Assembly (NCBI GenBank): GCA_964016885.1
Contig: OZ024749.1
Span: 8,928,001-8,992,000, forward strand
Length of the DNA stretch: 64,000 bases
Direction: 5' to 3'
From: Eledone cirrhosa
Lineage: Eukaryota
A model generated the notes under the pieces. The model saw only the letters and a list, made by a program, of their open reading frames with translations. It was not told the origin of the DNA and made no database searches. Positions 39,456 through 56,978 of the stretch are shown here, in pieces. Position 1 is the first letter of the stretch. Each line of letters starts with the position of its first letter. A program made the translations under genes and the position numbers.

Positions 39456-39907
39456 ATATATATATACACATTATGTTGAAAAGGTAACACACTAGAGAGA
39501 GAGATAGTGCGCTATCAATCAAACAGGGAAAAACCACCAGTGTATGGAATCTATAGCCCATGGTAGGCAGAGTAGACACACAATAATTAAAAGTATAAAT
39601 TAAAGTGTAAATACATACCTCGATAACTATCTAACACACACGTACAAATCCAAAGAGATCTATTTCGCCAATAAGTTGTGTTACCTTTTACTCTCTGGTG
39701 TGTTAACTTTTCAACATATTGTATTATAAAGAGCTCAAGATTCCTTCTCCTTTGGGCACATTACTGACAGGGAAAACCGAGAGTCTATGGCTCCGTTAAT
39801 TGATCGTGATATATTTCTATATATATATATTTATGTATAGGTATGTATGAATACATGCCTATTCATATGTATACATATATATTTGGATATAGGTTTGTAC
39901 ATATATA

Positions 39908-39939
<32 letters not shown>

Positions 39940-39944
39940 TACAC

Positions 39945-43070
<3,126 letters not shown>

Positions 43071-43121
43071 ATACATATATATGTATGCATACATGTCTAT
43101 TTGTATGTATACATATATATT

Positions 43122-43182
<61 letters not shown>

Positions 43183-43211
43183 ATACATGTCTATATATAT
43201 ATACATATGTC

Positions 43212-43816
43212 AGGTCACCAGTTGGTGCTACTGGTAACATGTATCCCAGTACAACCTGCCACATGGTCGCGTCGTTGGCGACTAAACTGGCAACCCCACC
43301 AAGGTTTCTTGGTGAGGAGGGTGACTTTGGACATCCTGCAGGACTAAAAACAAAACCTGTCAAAGGGCAAAGGAGCTCTTAAGAGTCAATGGCCATCGAA
43401 AATCACCGGGAGAGATGACCCCTTAACCTTTGTCAAGGCAGAATTCTAGGAGAAGGAAAACTCTGATATAACACCTGCAACCCTGATGGTATCCAATGAT
43501 GTTGACTTGTTCTTCTTTTGGTAAATATCATCTTGGTTAAGAGAGTGGGACTGGCTTTGTGCAGTGCCTTTGCTCACTATAAAAGCTTCACGGCACAGGC
43601 ATTGCTTTGTATCTGGAGATCTCTCTGCACTTGTCGTCACATGGTACCATGGGCCCAGCACTATATGTCAATAATTGTCACAAGTGTACTGTTTGTACCA
43701 GAGTTTTCAAGTCGCTGGCTGGACTAAAAAGTCACACTCGTCCAGCGTATCGGTAGGGGTTCTCCTACATGGATATAAAGTAGTGGCCGTACTCGAAAAC
43801 GAGTTGGCAGCCACCA
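43212..43816 (+). mobile_element. ~600-bp non-autonomous retroposon with RTE-type tail (copy 2)
   Basis: Colinear and near-identical to 16500-17105. Confidence 0.87.
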
Positions 43817-44249
43817 TATATATATACATACATGTCTCATATATTTATATCAGGAACAGGAAGATAGTAGTAATGGAAGAATGGAATAACGAAGCACTCA
43901 GCTATTAGCAAACTGAAACTGGCAAACCCATCTTATTACTTTCCGCCATTATCCCAACCCAACCCGTTTATCTCCCCTTGCAATACTCCGCCTTCACAGA
44001 ACATCAGTGACATAAGGCAGGGTCGGATTGTGTTGTTAATATAATGCTAATATCATTGTTATGTTATCGTATATAAACTCGGTACATTTCTATACATTCG
44101 CATTAATTCGTTATTTCCTAAGGTAGCTAATGTTGTATGGAAATGAAAAGAAGGTGTTTGTTTGGGTATGTGTGTGTATATACTTGTATGTGTGTCTAAA
44201 CGTTGTAATGTGTATGTGTGAATGAATATAGGTGTGTGTATAGGTGTTG

Positions 44250-44315
<66 letters not shown>

Positions 44316-44419
44316 AACAGATTCTAAATGAAATCTATTCGCACATACACACTAACAGGCATATATATTTATATACACTGCACCTGTGTACTTATTGTAC
44401 TTATATGTGGGATGAGTGA

Positions 44420-44469
<50 letters not shown>

Positions 44470-44824
44470 CCATAGGTAAGTCATGTTACATAAAAAGACA
44501 GCCATTACACGTCCCCAAAAAACAGCACCACTAGCTCCGCCAACACCACCACTACTACTACCACCACCACTACCAAGCCAACACCACCATTACTACTACC
44601 ACCACCAACACCACCAACAATAACAACAGCAGCAATAACAACAACTAAAGCAACAACAACAACTATGATAACAATTACAATATCACAGACAAAAGCATAA
44701 CTTCAATTGTTCTAAGACTTGTGAATCTACGTCTTATGAAATATCCCCCCCCCCCCCCACACCCACCCACCCCCGAGGAACTTTCTAGCTAAGAATATCG
44801 CATTTCTTTGATATTTTCAATTCT

Positions 44825-44962
44825 TTATCTATCTATCTATCTATCTATCTCTCTATCTCTCTATCTCTCTATCTATCTATCTCTCTATCTATCTATCTCT
44901 ATCTCTCTATCTATTTATCTATCTATCTATCTATCTATCGATTCATCTGGCTATGTATCTAA

Positions 44963-45004
<42 letters not shown>

Positions 45005-45142
45005 CTATCTCTCTATCTATTTATTTATCTATCTATCGATTCATCTGGCTATGTATCTAACTATCTATCTATCTATCTATCTATCTCTATCTCTCTATCT
45101 ATTTATTTATCTATCTATCGATTCATCTGGCTATGTATCTAA

Positions 45143-45198
<56 letters not shown>

Positions 45199-45220
45199 CT
45201 ATCTATTTATCTATCTATTT
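44825..45220. repeat. (TCTA)n tract with three cgattcatctggctatgtatctaac interruptions
   Basis: Direct reading. Confidence 0.92.
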
Positions 45221-45268
45221 ACCCTCTTTCTCTCTATATATTTAAATATATATACAACTATCTTTCTT

Positions 45269-45300
<32 letters not shown>

Positions 45301-45524
45301 TACCGTTCTATTGTCTATGAGAATCAATCTTTCAATGGTAGAATATACCTGGTGAGGTCCACATAATTTATTGAATTAGAGAATAGCAGAATGAGAAGAA
45401 CATCGGTGCAAGTGATAACGGAATGGAGTGTTTTTATATTTTACTTTTCATGATTTAGTGCAGAAATACAGAGTAGAGTGCAAGGTGCATGATGGTGGAT
45501 TGATAATGTTGAGTGCCGAGTAAA

Positions 45525-45985
45525 CAGTGCAGAGTGTCAGAGTGTACAGCACCAGTGCACCACAGTGCACCACAGTGTACCACAGTGTACCACAGTACAC
45601 CACAGTGCACAGTGTCAGAGTGTACAGCACCAGTGTATCACAGTGTACCACAGTGCACCACAGTGTATCACAGTGTACCACAGTGCACCACAGTGTACCA
45701 CAGTGCACCACAGTGTACCACAGTGTATCACAGTGTACCACAGTGTACACAGTGTATCACAGTGCACCACAGTGTACCACAGTGTATCTCAGTGTACCAC
45801 AGTGTATCACAGTGCACCACAGTGTACACAGTGTACCACAGTGTATCACAGTGCACCACAGTGTACCACAGTGTACCACAGTGCACCACAGTGTACCACA
45901 GTGTATCACAGTGTACCACAGTACACCACAGTGCACCACAGTGTATCACAGTGTACCACAGTGCACCACAGTGCACCACAGTGCC
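45525..45985. repeat. 10-bp minisatellite (cacagtgtac)
   Basis: Direct reading. Confidence 0.95.
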
Positions 45986-46062
45986 GCGTGCAATAACAAA
46001 AGCGGTAGAGCATGACTAACAAAATACCTGAAGGTATCTTGTTATTTCATCATATAATGGCT

Positions 46063-46114
<52 letters not shown>

Positions 46115-46175
46115 GTGCATATGTATGTGTGAGTGTGTGTACATACCTATATATATATATAGGTTTATATATATG

Positions 46176-46208
<33 letters not shown>

Positions 46209-46256
46209 GTGTGTATATATATATGTATACATATACATATATATGTGTGTGTATAC

Positions 46257-46288
<32 letters not shown>

Positions 46289-46439
46289 ATACAGACACAC
46301 ATATAAACATATATTATGTACAAATATGCATACACACATATATATAAATACACACTCGTACATATACGTACATACATACACACACATATACATAAATACA
46401 TACATACATACAGACATACAGACATAAATACATACATAA

Positions 46440-47252
46440 AACATTGAAGATGTCACCCATGTCATCAGCAGCTGTCCAAAGATGTCATCGCGGTACTATC
46501 TACCTATGAGGCATGATGTAGTGGCCAAAACACTGTACAATGCAGTTAGTAGAAATGATAGCCCTGGTAATAAACACATTAAAAGCTTCAGCAATGTGGA
46601 AGACATCCATGTACATAATATGAAAGAGTACTGGTAGAATGTTCCAGTAAAAACCCCGATAAAATGCAGGCATAAAAGACCAAATATAATGATAAGGGAT
46701 AGAGAAAAGAAGGCATGCTCAGTAGTGGAAGTTAGCTGCCCAGCAGATGCCAATATAATATCAAAGATTAGCGAAAAGGAGAATATTTATGCAGAACTGA
46801 TGAGAAATCTGCAGATACTCCACCCTGATTACACCTTCAGATTTATGCCTGTGATTATTGGGGCACTTTCATATGTTATAACTGCCTCAATACATATCTT
46901 GAGAAGCTGGGCTTCACAGGAACAGAAAGAACACAACTAGTTAGGAAATTACAAGTACAATCTATTAATGGAACAGTAAAAATATGTAAAACATTCCAAA
47001 AATGTTGCATCTAATAACTGCATATATACATGTATAAATACAAAGCATATACATATGCACACATACAACTCAAAACATCCACATCCACACATACAATAAC
47101 ATCCATATCTACACATGCATGCATGCAGACATACATACATATCTACCTAGTTGATGTTGTGTAAATTCCAATGAGAGAGTCTGGTGTCTATGTTAGAAAC
47201 CGACTCTCTCTATTGGGAAATATTTGTGAAATCATAAAACCAGAAGAACATA
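46440..47252 (+). mobile_element. 5'-truncated R4/Dong copy (zinc-knuckle end + RLE + 3'UTR)
   Basis: EDVTHVISSCPKMSSRYYLPMRHDVVAK, then CRHKRPNIMI..VVEVSCPAD; the 3' part is the reverse-complement match of 40085-40660. Confidence 0.88.
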
Positions 47253-47327
47253 TACACATATACATACATACTTACATACATACATATACACCATACATAC
47301 ATACATACATACATATACATACATACT

Positions 47328-47409
<82 letters not shown>

Positions 47410-47539
47410 AGTATATATGTATATATATGTATATATATATATATATATATGTAAAAGTTCTATTTAAATTGTTGGGATACAACAAGCAAATATTTTTATA
47501 ACTGATATAAAGCACTCAACAAATAATTGGAATAAAAAT

Positions 47540-47748
47540 ACGATATTAACAAATGGAAACTACATTTATAAAACCATATTTATTTCATTAAACATATTTC
47601 AAGGACACCAAGTTAAATTATGGTGTGCTTTCATCAGATATTATATTTTATCTGATGAAAGCACACCATAATTTAACTTGGTGTCCTTGAAACATGTATA
47701 ATGAAACAAATATGGTTTTATAAATATAGTTTCCATTTGTTAATATCG

Positions 47749-47750
<2 letters not shown>
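47540..47750. mobile_element. Palindromic pair of family E pLTRs with two HHRs
   Basis: tttat-CTGATGA-aagcacaccataatttaacttggtgtcctt-GAAA-catgta-TA-atgaaa at 47646-47706, mirrored at 47582-47640; other copies near 20140-20265, 27700-27870, 30960-31190 and 57124-57230. Confidence 0.85.
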
Positions 47751-47791
<41 letters not shown>

Positions 47792-47824
47792 GTATATAAG
47801 TATATATGTATATATGTATATATG

Positions 47825-47858
<34 letters not shown>

Positions 47859-47882
47859 CATATATATATGTATATATATATG

Positions 47883-47917
<35 letters not shown>

Positions 47918-47918
47918 G

Positions 47919-47988
<70 letters not shown>

Positions 47989-48007
47989 GTATATAAGTAT
48001 ATATGTA

Positions 48008-48067
<60 letters not shown>

Positions 48068-48079
48068 AGTATATATGTA

Positions 48080-48143
<64 letters not shown>

Positions 48144-48343
48144 TAATGACGAGAGAGATGTAACAATCATGGAAGACAGAGTAGGAGATATGATAAATAT
48201 ATAAAGATAAAGAAAAGGAAAGATTTAATGGTAAGTAATCAAGAATGGATGGTGTGTGGGGGGAAGGGGCTGTGTGTGTCTGTGTGTGGAGAGAGGGAGA
48301 GGGGATAGATATATAGAGAGAGAGAAAGAGAGAGAAAGGGAGG

Positions 48344-48375
<32 letters not shown>

Positions 48376-48436
48376 GGTATATATATGTATATATATGTAT
48401 ATATATATATATATACATACATATATATATATATAT

Positions 48437-48483
<47 letters not shown>

Positions 48484-48496
48484 CATATATATATAT

Positions 48497-48595
<99 letters not shown>

Positions 48596-48596
48596 T

Positions 48597-48635
<39 letters not shown>

Positions 48636-48676
48636 CATATATATATATACATATATATATGTATATATATATATAC

Positions 48677-48723
<47 letters not shown>

Positions 48724-48749
48724 CATATATATATATATATTGTATATAC

Positions 48750-48836
<87 letters not shown>

Positions 48837-49117
48837 GACTGTGGTGTATATTGGCTGTTCTGTTAACGACCATCAATTGTAGACTAAACGGTGATTAAGC
48901 AGCAGCTTCATTAGAAGAAATATGCCCACGGCACTTACCTATATCCCAAGGTAGACGTGGCAGTGAGGGATGTAACTTCAGAAATGGAACACTTTCAATG
49001 TTACCAGCGACATTTATCTCTCATTAAAAATATCCTCACAGCAAATATTGGTTTTATGTCGTCTGTTTGTTTTTTTTGCGCGCGTTCACTTAGGTGTATG
49101 GGGCCTGAGGGGTGGAG

Positions 49118-51120
49118 TTGTGGTACTACTGGTGGTGGGGTTGTTGGTGGGACTACTGGTGGTGGGGTTGTTCGTGGGACTAGGTGGTGGGGTTGTTGGT
49201 GGGACTAGGTGGTGGTGGGGTTGTTGGTGGGACTACTGGTGGTGGGGTTGTTGGTGGGACTACTGGTGGTGGGGTTGTTCGTGGGACTAGGTGGTGGGGT
49301 TGTTGGTGGGACTAGGTGGTGGTGGGGTTGTTGGTGGGACTAGGTGGTGGGGTTGTTGGTGGGACTAGGTGGTGGGGTTGTTGGTGGGACTACTGGTGGT
49401 GGTGGGGTTGTTGGTGGGACTAGGTGGTGGGGTTGTTGGTGGGACTAGGTAGTGGTGGGTTTGTTGGTGGGACTAGGTGGTGGTGGGGTTGTTGGTGGGA
49501 CTAGGTGGTGGTGGGGTTGTCGGTGGGACTAGGTGGTGGTGGGGTTGTTGGTGGGACTACTGGTGGTGGTGGGGTTGTTGGTGGGACTAGGTGGTGGGGT
49601 TGAGGGTGGGACTACTGGTGGTGGTGGGGTTGTTGGTGGGACTAGGTGGTGGTGGGGTTGTTGGTGGGACTACTGGTGGTGGGGTTGTTGGTGGGACTAC
49701 TGGTGGTGGGGTTGTTGGTGGGACTACTGGTGGTGGGGTTGTTGGTGGGACTACTGGTGGTGGTGGGGTTGTTGGTGGGACTACTGGTGGTGGGGTTGTT
49801 GGTGGGACTACTGGTGGTGGGGTTGTTGGTGGGACTAGGTGGTGGGGTTGAGGGTGGGACTACTGGTGGTGGTGGGGTTGTTGGTGGGACTACTGGTGGT
49901 GGGGTTGTTGGTGGGACTACTGGTGGTGGGGTTGTTGGTGGGACTAGGTGGTGGGGTTGAGGGTGGGACTACTGGTGGTGGTGGGGTTGTTGGTGGGACT
50001 ACTGGTGGTGGGGTTGTTGGTGGGACTACTGGTGGTGGGGTTGTTGGTGGGACTAGGTGGTGGTGGGGTTGTTGGTGGGACTAGGTGGTGGGGTTGAGGG
50101 TGGGACTACTGGTGGTGGTGGGGTTGTTCGTGGGACTACTGGTGGTGGGGTTGTTGGTGGGACTACTGGTGGTGGGGTTGTTGGTGGGACTACTGGTGGT
50201 GGGGTTGTTGGTGGGACTAGGTGGTGGGGTTGAGGGTGGGACTACTGGTGGTGGTGGGGTTGTTCGTGGGACTACTGGTGGTGGGGTTGTTGGTGGGACT
50301 AGGTGGTGGTGGGGTTGTTGGTGGGACTAGGTGGTGGTGGGGTTGTTGGTGGGACTAGGTGGTGGTGGGGTTGTCGGTGGGACTAGGTGGTGGGGTTGAG
50401 GGTGGGACTACTGGTGGTGGTGGGGTTGTTGGTGGGACTAGGTGGTGGTGGGGTTGTTGGTGGGACTAGGTGGTGGGGTTGAGGGTGGGACTACTGGTGG
50501 TGGTGGGGTTGTTGGTGGGACTAGGTGGTGGTGGGGTTGTTGGTGGGACTAGGTGGTGGGGTTGAGGGTGGGACTACTGGTGGTGGTGGGGTTGTTGGTG
50601 GGACTACTGGTGGTGGGGTTGTTGGTGGGACTAGGTGGTGGTGGGGTTGTTGGTGGGACTACTGGTGGTGGGGTTGTTGGTGGGACTACTGGTGGTGGGG
50701 TTGTTGGTGGGACTACTGGTGGTGGGGTTGTTGGTGGGACTACTGGTGGTGGGGTTGTTGGTGGGACTACTGGTGGTGGGGTTGAGGGTGGGACTACTGG
50801 TGGTGGTGGGGTTGTTGGTGGGACTACTGGTGGTGGTGGGGTTGTTGGTGGGACTAGGTGGTGGTGGGCTTGTTGGTGGGACTAGGTGGTGGTGGGGTTG
50901 TTGGTGGGACTACTGGTGGTGGGGTTGAGGGTGGGACTACTGGTGGTGGTGGGGTTGTTGGTGGGACTACTGGTGGTGGTGGGGTTGTTGGTGGGACTAG
51001 GTGGTGGTGGGCTTGTTGGTGGGACTAGTTGGTGGGGTTGTTGGTGGGACTCGGTGGTGGGGTTGTTGGTGGGACTCGGTGGTGGGGTTGTTGGTGGGAC
51101 TCGGTGGTGGGGTTGTTGGT
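49118..51120. repeat. G-rich 22-27-bp minisatellite (ggtggtggggttgttggtgggactact)
   Basis: Direct reading; ~2 kb with extreme G-strand skew. Confidence 0.96.
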
Positions 51121-51388
51121 GTGTTGGTGGTGAGTGGCTGGCTGGTTGGTGAGCTACATTAATGTAGATATAGAACCATAAGATCTTTCATATAAAAAAT
51201 ACTAATAATAAACAATGTCTGCTCGATTAGACTTAAGGTAGATATGAGAGTATGTATGTATCTATATATGTATATATATATTGATGTATGTATTTATGTA
51301 TATATGTATGCATTTAAATATGTATATATATATATATATATGTATGTATATATGTATGAATGTATATATGTATGCATGTATATATGTA

Positions 51389-51813
51389 CATGAGGGAAAA
51401 GTTGCCTTTGAGGCATCTCGAATCGCACACGAGAAAGTAAAGCGGGACGTGAGGAAGGGTATTGCTGTTGCACTTCCAGACGGCGAGGGTCCTCCTATGT
51501 TTCTGACATGCAGCGTCTGTGCGAGACTCTGCCTAAGCAAAGCTGGACTCGAAAGTCATCTTCGCAGTCATAAAGTAAGACCAGTGGTTGACTACCAGGC
51601 TGCTGTTGGAGATGCTACTCATCATGCTTGCCAAACATGTGGTAGAGAATGTAAATCAGCAGGAGGACTCAAGCGACATGCAAAAGTACACGAACTCCAA
51701 CCACAGCCGACTATTCCCAGTAAATGTTTTGGTTGCCGACTCTGTGCAAGACATTTTAGATCATTGGCTGGGCTAAAAAGCCACATTCGATCGCAGCACT
51801 GTTAGTTGCTATC

Positions 51814-51853
<40 letters not shown>

Positions 51854-51932
51854 GCTTATGTGCGTGCGTGTGTGTGTATATATATATGAATATGTATATT
51901 ATTGTTGTTGTTGTCGTTATTAATATTATTGC

Positions 51933-51972
<40 letters not shown>

Positions 51973-52094
51973 GTTATTAATGTATGTGTGTATATATGTG
52001 TGAGTGTATGTGTATGTATGTGTGTGTGTATATATGTATGTATGTGTATGTATGTGTGTGTGTATATATATGTGTATGTATATATATATGTATA

Positions 52095-52127
<33 letters not shown>

Positions 52128-52158
52128 CTTTTCCCTTTTTTTTTTTTTTTTTTTTTTA

Positions 52159-52200
<42 letters not shown>

Positions 52201-52258
52201 TTTTTTTTTTTTTTTTATTGTGCAATGGCCATACTCGATAACGAGGGGGCAGCCATCA
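51389..52258 (+). mobile_element. 5'-truncated RTE-clade LINE 3' end: three C2H2 zinc fingers, microsatellite-filled UTR, stem-loop tail
   Basis: FEASR...KR..RK followed by CSVC..SKAGLESHLRSH, CQTC..SAGGLKRHAKVH and CRLC..SLAGLKSHIRSQH (stop at 51805); tail tggccatactcgataacgagggggcagccatca. Confidence 0.75.
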
Positions 52259-52384
52259 TATATGTATGTATGTATATATGTATGTGTGTATGTATATATA
52301 TATATGTATGAATGTGTGTATGTATGCATGTATATATGTATATATATATATATATGTATGTATGCATGTATGTATGTATATATG

Positions 52385-52417
<33 letters not shown>

Positions 52418-52419
52418 GT

Positions 52420-53012
52420 AAAGGCACTGCACAAAGCCAGTCCCACTCTCTTAACCACATGATATTTACCAAAAAGAAGAACAAGTCAACATCATTGGAT
52501 ACCATCAGTGTTGCAGGTGTTATATCAGAGTTTTCCTTCTCCTAGAATTCTGCCTTGACAAAGGCTAAGGGGTCATCTCTCCCGGTGATTTTGGATGGCC
52601 ATTGACTCTTAAGAGCTCCTTTGCCCTTTGACAGGTTTTGTTTTTAGTCCTGCAGGATGTCCAAAGTCACCCTCCTCACCAAGAAACCTTGGTGGGGTTG
52701 CCAGTTTAGTCGACCATGGGACAGATTGTACTGGGATACATGTTACCAGTAGCACCAACTGGAGACCTGACACTATAAAAGCTTCACGGCACAGGCATTG
52801 CTTTATATCTGGAGATCTCTCTGCACTTGTCGTCACATGGTACCATGGGCCCTGCACTATGTGTCAATAATTGTCACAAGTGTAGTGTTTGTACCAGAGT
52901 TTTCAAGTCGCTGGCTGGACTAAAATGTCACACTCGCTCAGCGCATCGGTAGGGGTTCTCCTACATGGATATAAAGTAGTGGCCGTACTCGAAAACGAGT
53001 TGGCAGCCACCA
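52420..53012 (+). mobile_element. Copy 3 of the 600-bp retroposon, with its 5' ~350 bp inverted
   Basis: 52420-52770 is the reverse complement of the 5' part; 52771-53012 is the 3' part in sense orientation. Confidence 0.88.
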
Positions 53013-53014
53013 TG

Positions 53015-53059
<45 letters not shown>

Positions 53060-53255
53060 ATGTATGTATATATGTATATATGTATGAATGTTTGGTCCCG
53101 TATCTCCTAATGTAGTCGTAGTGACATACGGCGATTGTCGGGCATTTTTAAGCCTATCGAAGTCCATCTGCTCTCCAGGTCTAAACACAGAAGGTTTCTT
53201 CTAGAGAAGAATAGAAAGTGAGAAAAAGCAAGAGAGAAAGCGATATAGAAGAAGA

Positions 53256-53385
53256 ATCGACCCCCAGTACAAGACTGGTACTTTTTTTACCGACTTCGAA
53301 AGAATGACAGGCAACGTTGACTTCGGCGGGATTTGAACTCAGAGTGCAGAGAGCCGGCAGGAATACTGCAAGGAATTCTTTCTAT
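53256..53385 (-). mobile_element. SINE family 2 fragment
   Basis: ggcgggatttgaactcag (B box on the minus strand) and ctggtact...atcgacccc. Confidence 0.75.
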
Positions 53386-53415
53386 CCTACTCGTTCCTAT
53401 ATATATATATATATG

Positions 53416-53447
<32 letters not shown>

Positions 53448-53577
53448 TGTGTGTTTGTTTGTGTGTGTGTCTGTGTGCATGTGTGTGCGCATGCATGTAT
53501 GTATCTTATATATATATATACATATATGTGTGTGTATGTGTGTGCGCGTTCGTGTGTGTATGTCTGTATGTTATATA

Positions 53578-53647
<70 letters not shown>

Positions 53648-53650
<3 letters not shown>

Positions 53651-53925
53651 AGGAGGTGAGTTTTATTGTAGTACAATAAAGCAATGCAGATATCGGATAA
53701 GAAGCACTCTACAGTTTGTAGGACTGGAGTATACGTAATATATAAGAACAAAAGATGGTTAAAAGAGTTCCATATATTTTATTATGCGCATTTCAAAAAC
53801 AAATATTATCATGCAATAATATTTGTGTTTTCATCAGATGAAAACACAAATATTATTGCATGATGATATTTGTTTTTGAAATGCGCATAATAAAATATAT
53901 GGAACTCTTTTAACCATCTTTTGTT

Positions 53926-53930
<5 letters not shown>
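53648..53930. mobile_element. Naiad extension + pLTR folded back at the HHR core
   Basis: Arms meet at ttttcatcagatgaaaac; the minus-strand core CTGATGA is intact but lacks most of stem I. Confidence 0.82.
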
Positions 53931-54012
<82 letters not shown>

Positions 54013-54028
54013 TAAAATAACAGATTAA

Positions 54029-54079
54029 AGTTTAAGCAAAGAATCGCTGCTTTCACCCTTAACCGGATCTTCTGAAACT
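54029..54079 (-). ncRNA. Hammerhead-like motif with CAGAAGA core (family H); further copies at ~57057-57107 and ~57541-57591
   Basis: agttt-CAGAAGA-tcc(c/g)gttaagggt-GAAA-gcagcgattctttgc-TT-aaact. Confidence 0.55.
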
Positions 54080-54308
54080 AACAAAGTCAATCTGTAAACG
54101 CAGAACTGGATATTTCAAAAAACGTTGCAACCGGAGGAAGACAGGAAGACGATACTTTGGTTCGTGGTAACGTTCGCTGGCAAAGAACGGGAAAAAACGA
54201 ATAATACGTCATTAATAGGAGCGGTGAAAAACAATTACGCGCAAAGACAGAACCACGTTTATGGTATAAAAGCCCTCTTTGGATTTTAGTCTTCAATTTT
54301 ATTATTAT

Positions 54309-54372
<64 letters not shown>

Positions 54373-54882
54373 TTAATACAACAAAAGCAATAGCAACAAC
54401 AACGACAACACCGATATTGGAAATTTAAAAGTAAAATGGCGACTGAATTTAGTGTATATCAGTTTAAGAATATGACAACATTCTTACAAGTATAAAGTAG
54501 TGTTAAGTTGTGAATAATCCGCGCCTCTTTTCCTCTAATACCTTCTCCATGCTAAATGTACTCAGAGGAAGTTGAAAGTTCAACTCAACCGAAAATAGAA
54601 TTCTATCTCTTTATCTTTTAACACAAAAACCAATATTTTTCTCTCACTTCGTGTTTACCTTTTCTGCGCCTTTCCTTTTCCCTCTCACTCCCTCTTTTAT
54701 ATATATGTTTATATATATATATGTTTATATATATATATATGTCTATACATATATGGGGAGGGTCATATTTGTGTAATAATATTGCCAGAATTAATAACAG
54801 AACACACTCACTGTTCGGTTGGTTTTCGCTTCTGTGTCTTTTATATCGGTTAATTTAATTTATTCGGTCCTCATATGTATAC

Positions 54883-54970
<88 letters not shown>

Positions 54971-54979
54971 GTATATATG

Positions 54980-55034
<55 letters not shown>

Positions 55035-55113
55035 TAATGTTTGTTTGTATGTATATATATATTATATACATATATACATAATTTATGTACATGTATATAC
55101 ATACAAATACATA

Positions 55114-55166
<53 letters not shown>

Positions 55167-55260
55167 GGGGGGAGAGAGAGAGAACAAAAGGCGAAGAAAA
55201 TGCAAACACATATATATATATGTATGTATACATATATATTTATATATATGAATGTATGTA

Positions 55261-55301
<41 letters not shown>

Positions 55302-55412
55302 CTTTCATACTATGTGTATCTCAAATCTCTAACAATTCCCTATTTCTCTCCAAGCCTTCTCCCTCTCTATTACACTCAGGTCTTCCACTTACTCTCCCTC
55401 GCCTCCCCCTCC

Positions 55413-55488
<76 letters not shown>

Positions 55489-56103
55489 ACACTACCATCT
55501 ATTATTGTTCTTTATCTATCTGAAATTGCACACAAACCATCTCTCGTGCCACTAACTCCAAAATAGTAGTAACTAATGATATTAATATAAGGGGCAGGGT
55601 AAGATTAGAGGGACGTGAGTGGTGTCGAAAGGAGGGGGTATGTTAAGCAGAGAAATAGATATTAAATACCTCTTCGCTCTAAATAAAATACTCCATTAAT
55701 TTCCTTCTTTCAGAAATCTTATTTTTCACACGGAAAATCGTGTCTCTTAAGACGAACGCTTTCAACTTGAAAAATTACAAATATTTCTTTCATTTTTATA
55801 ACTACTTGAAAATCATGAAACGCTTTCGGTGGTAACTGCGCACACATTACATAAAGCTTTAAAAGAGGTAATAACTACGGAATATCTCAACTAGAACTGC
55901 GGTTAGAAAGCATTATCGTTTATATTGACAAGAAGAGACAGCAGAAATTTAATTATTTAAGACTTTAAGAAATTTTCATTGGAAAGACATTAGAGATTAT
56001 TGCGTCCCGATCTTTTGTCGTGGAAACTGATTGCAATCATGGCCGCTGATGTTAAGGTAATTTCAGGTATTGCTACACACACATTCACACACATACACAT
56101 ATG

Positions 56104-56224
<121 letters not shown>

Positions 56225-56227
56225 GTG

Positions 56228-56471
<244 letters not shown>

Positions 56472-56571
56472 TACAAATATTAATAAAATAGATGTTCTTT
56501 TGATCAATTAAATTTTATTATACATATTTCAGAGGTACAACAGTACGTCCTCATCATATATATATATACGA

Positions 56572-56830
56572 AGGCGCATGGCTTAGTTGTTAGAGCATTG
56601 GGCTTGCAATCGAAAGGTTGTGAGTTCAATTCTCAGACCGGGTGATGTGTTGTTTCCTTGAGCAAGACACTTTATTTCACGTTGCTCCAGTTTACTCAGC
56701 TGAAAATGAGTACCAGCAATAGTTGGAGGTTTAACCCTGCGATGAACTGGCGTCCTGTCCAGGTGGGAGTCTTGAACTCGCAGTCGCTTCACCCCATGAA
56801 ACCGGAATAAGCACCGGCGAAAGCTTTCTG
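56572..56830 (+). mobile_element. tRNA-derived SINE family 1, near full length
   Basis: ggcgcatggcttagttgttag (A box), gagttcaattc (B box), ccttgagcaagacactttatttcac, aaccctgcgatgaactggcgtcctgtccagg. Confidence 0.85.
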
Positions 56831-56919
56831 GTTTAAGACAGACTTTAGACTTTTTTTAGATATATATACACACACACACACACATATATAAGCACACACA
56901 CACACACATACACATATAT

Positions 56920-56978
<59 letters not shown>

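Noticed and set aside
56030-56065. atcATGGCCGCTGATGTTAAG|gtaatt as a first coding exon
   Set aside because: Too short to distinguish from chance, and no downstream exons are identifiable.
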